From IMG/VR virus record IMGVR_UViG_3300005259_000041: a DNA stretch of 48,952 nt; one strand, written 5' to 3'. The notes beneath the pieces are model-generated. The model did no database searches and was not told the DNA's origin. It was given only the letters and a program-made list of their open reading frames with translations. The translations under genes and the position numbers were made by a program. This stretch comes from an uncultured virus (IMG/VR IMGVR_UViG_3300005259_000041) (Duplodnaviria; Heunggongvirae; Uroviricota; Caudoviricetes). Position 1 is the first letter of the stretch; each line of letters starts with the position of its first letter. Below, piece after piece: positions 46,904-48,952 of the stretch.

Positions 46904-47112
46904 ACATATTACACTTCGGGCCAATAGTCGCCAAGAGAATCTGGGAGGCAAAGAAGGAGGGTAAGACGGAAGTCTCACTCACGATGGAGGAACTGGAAGC
47001 CATCAGCGAGAAGATTTCCCACTTGGACCGTACCGCCGCAACCTACTTCGGCCTGCTGAGCGATGAGGACAAGAAGAAGGTGTGCGACGAGATGTTCAAG
47101 GACCCTAACTGA
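46900..47112 (+). CDS. Hypothetical protein
   Basis: ATGA-coupled. Confidence 0.6.
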   Translation: MNILHFGPIVAKRIWEAKKEGKTEVSLTMEELEAISEKISHLDRTAATYFGLLSDEDKKKVCDEMFKDPN

Positions 47113-47402
47113 TGGACCTCCATCCCTTTCGGACAATCTCGGCCCTGAAGGAAGAGTTATTCGCCGAGCGTAAACTTCGGGAGGAGCGTGAGGTTCTTTA
47201 TCAGGACGCTCTGAGGAATAACTACTGGCTACACAAGCAGAATGAAGCCATGGGATTGACGGCTGCATTGACATTTGCTAGGGTCCAATCTCTTGAGGCT
47301 GAGATTGCCTGGCTCAAGAATCAGAGTTGGGCCTATTACAAACTCTCTGAGGCATATGGCCAGAGAGTGCTTATGTTACTGGCTAAGAAGATTAACCAGT
47401 AG
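47112..47402 (+). CDS. Coiled-coil hypothetical protein
   Basis: Coupled 96-aa ORF. Confidence 0.6.
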   Translation: MDLHPFRTISALKEELFAERKLREEREVLYQDALRNNYWLHKQNEAMGLTAALTFARVQSLEAEIAWLKNQSWAYYKLSEAYGQRVLMLLAKKINQ

Positions 47403-47416
47403 CCTCAGGCGAAACC

Positions 47417-47581
47417 ATGCGGACAATCATGGAAGATACCTGGCGCATGTACTCAGGAGTCCCGGTGAAGAATAGGTTCTATCCTGCATTCTGGTATCAC
47501 AACAAGGATAAGAACACTCTTCACCGCCGTAAGAAGAACCGACTGGCCCAGGCTTCTCGCAAGGCCAACAGGAGAAAGTGA
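47417..47581 (+). CDS. TW-motif microprotein with basic tail
   Basis: MRTIMEDTWRMY...RRKKNRLAQASRKANRRK. Confidence 0.55.
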   Translation: MRTIMEDTWRMYSGVPVKNRFYPAFWYHNKDKNTLHRRKKNRLAQASRKANRRK

Positions 47582-47886
47582 TGGCCGAGTGCAAGTACCG
47601 CCCGACTGAGAGGGTGGGCCTCTACATCATGGTGGTTATTATCCTCATCCACGTCGTTCACATCATGGGCGCGCTGAACAAGATGGAGAAAGACCTGGCA
47701 GCCGTGAAAGCCGCTGTCGTGAAGGTCGAGGCTCCCAAGTGATTCTGAACGAAGGCGGCCTGAAGAAACATTGGAAGGCCATTCCGAAACGGCGCAAGAA
47801 GATACTCCTGAGGTTGATGGAGGAGTACATCGACTCGAAGAACAAGTGGGCGAAGAAGGCCAGGAAAGGCCAATAGGAGAAGTGTC

Positions 47887-48432
47887 ATGATGAAGTTCTT
47901 TCAGACTCTCGCGCTCTTTCTGAAGTATAAGGCTGAGGAACTGTGGCAACCGGTCCTCGGCCTTACGATTTTCGTCCTGCTCTGCTGGGGAGACAAGTGG
48001 TTCTTCTGCGACTACCTGAACCTTAAGGGCATCGATGCATTCGTCATGCCCCTGGGGCTATTCGGCTGGGTGATGGCTGCCATCTGGGCCAAGCCGGCGT
48101 GTGTGTATCTCTACCACCGTGCCAGAGGGGATGTATATACCTACAACAGCGCAGACGATTGGATGCTGGTCGTCGGCATTTACTCTTGTTTCATCTGCAG
48201 CGTGGCCTCTCTTCCCTGGGCCGCTGAGATGGCGGATGCGGATACCGCCTTTGCTGGTCCGTTGTTTGCGGGCCTTCTAGTCGGTATGCTTGTGTCGGGA
48301 GGGCTTCTGTTTCTCAACATCCTCCTGGTCATCGCCGATGGTACTTGGCGGTTCTTCCGCTCCAACTGGAACCGGGCGGTGTGGGCCGTGGAACATAAGG
48401 AGTACATGGCACAGCCAACCGAAAAGGAGTAG
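47887..48432 (+). CDS. Multi-pass membrane protein
   Basis: About four hydrophobic helices. Confidence 0.7.
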   Translation: MMKFFQTLALFLKYKAEELWQPVLGLTIFVLLCWGDKWFFCDYLNLKGIDAFVMPLGLFGWVMAAIWAKPACVYLYHRARGDVYTYNSADDWMLVVGIYSCFICSVASLPWAAEMADADTAFAGPLFAGLLVGMLVSGGLLFLNILLVIADGTWRFFRSNWNRAVWAVEHKEYMAQPTEKE

Positions 48433-48952
48433 GCCATGACCAACAAGGCGACACTCTGTCTCATCTGCGGACTGCCCGTCAAGCAGCCGGTCAAGAACAA
48501 CATCCACCCCAAGTGTCAGCCGAAGCCCAGTAAGTTGAGGAAATGATGCGCAACCTCTGGGCGAAACTATGGGACTGTTTCCGATATTGGCTTCAGCGTG
48601 AATGCTTGGCGAACGAAATCCAAGCGCTCAACGCACCGTTCATGCGTCGGAAAGAAGCCATCGCAGAGGCCGAGTTCTGGATGGCCTTCAAGAGGAAGAC
48701 ATGAACCAAGTGACGGGAGAAACAATTGTCATCCTTGGCCTCTTCGCCCTCATAGCCTTTATTGCGTGGTTGGCGATGAGGCCGACTCCCAAGAAAGGGT
48801 GAGGCCATGAGAGGATTCAAGTACATCATCTTCCAAACGGCTACCGGGGCCGAGGAGGCCATTCTCTTCGCAACCACTCTAACCCACCGCGAGGTATCAC
48901 AGTCCTTCTGCAATCACTTCCGTGGTTCCAAGCCGGTTCGGGCGGGCTTCTG

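Overview
This looks like a fragment of a large (jumbo-type) phage genome from a gapped assembly: dense short hypothetical genes, tRNAs and auxiliary genes, with no cellular core operons. Recognisable genes are an intein-containing gyrB (5' end missing), a GuaC/IMPDH-family reductase, dnaJ, thyX, Hsp20, a metallophosphoesterase, two DNA glycosylases, two ferritin-like proteins, a LysM protein, DUF5661, an EF-Ts N-terminal fragment, a PRTase and 3 tRNAs. A non-coding junction at about 35.2-35.8 kb splits the window. The left arm is AT-richer and uses TTGAC(A/T)-N17-TATATT promoters; the right arm is GC-richer and studded with GATACTGG/CCAGTATC motifs. Four features stand out. (1) About 50 translationally coupled microproteins, most of the short ones missed or mis-framed by the ORF track, share the motif [STN]-[IVMP]-x-x-[TN]-W-x-x-[WYF]; 26 of them are consecutive in one 3.7-kb operon. 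(2) A ~690-nt intergenic region at 38.5-39.2 kb is built from three copies of a two-hairpin module with compensatory base changes, consistent with a large structured ncRNA. (3) A Cys4 protein family has about 15 members. (4) Two Lys/Ala-rich paralogs sit inside GATACTGG clusters. All calls are by eye; no database searches were run.
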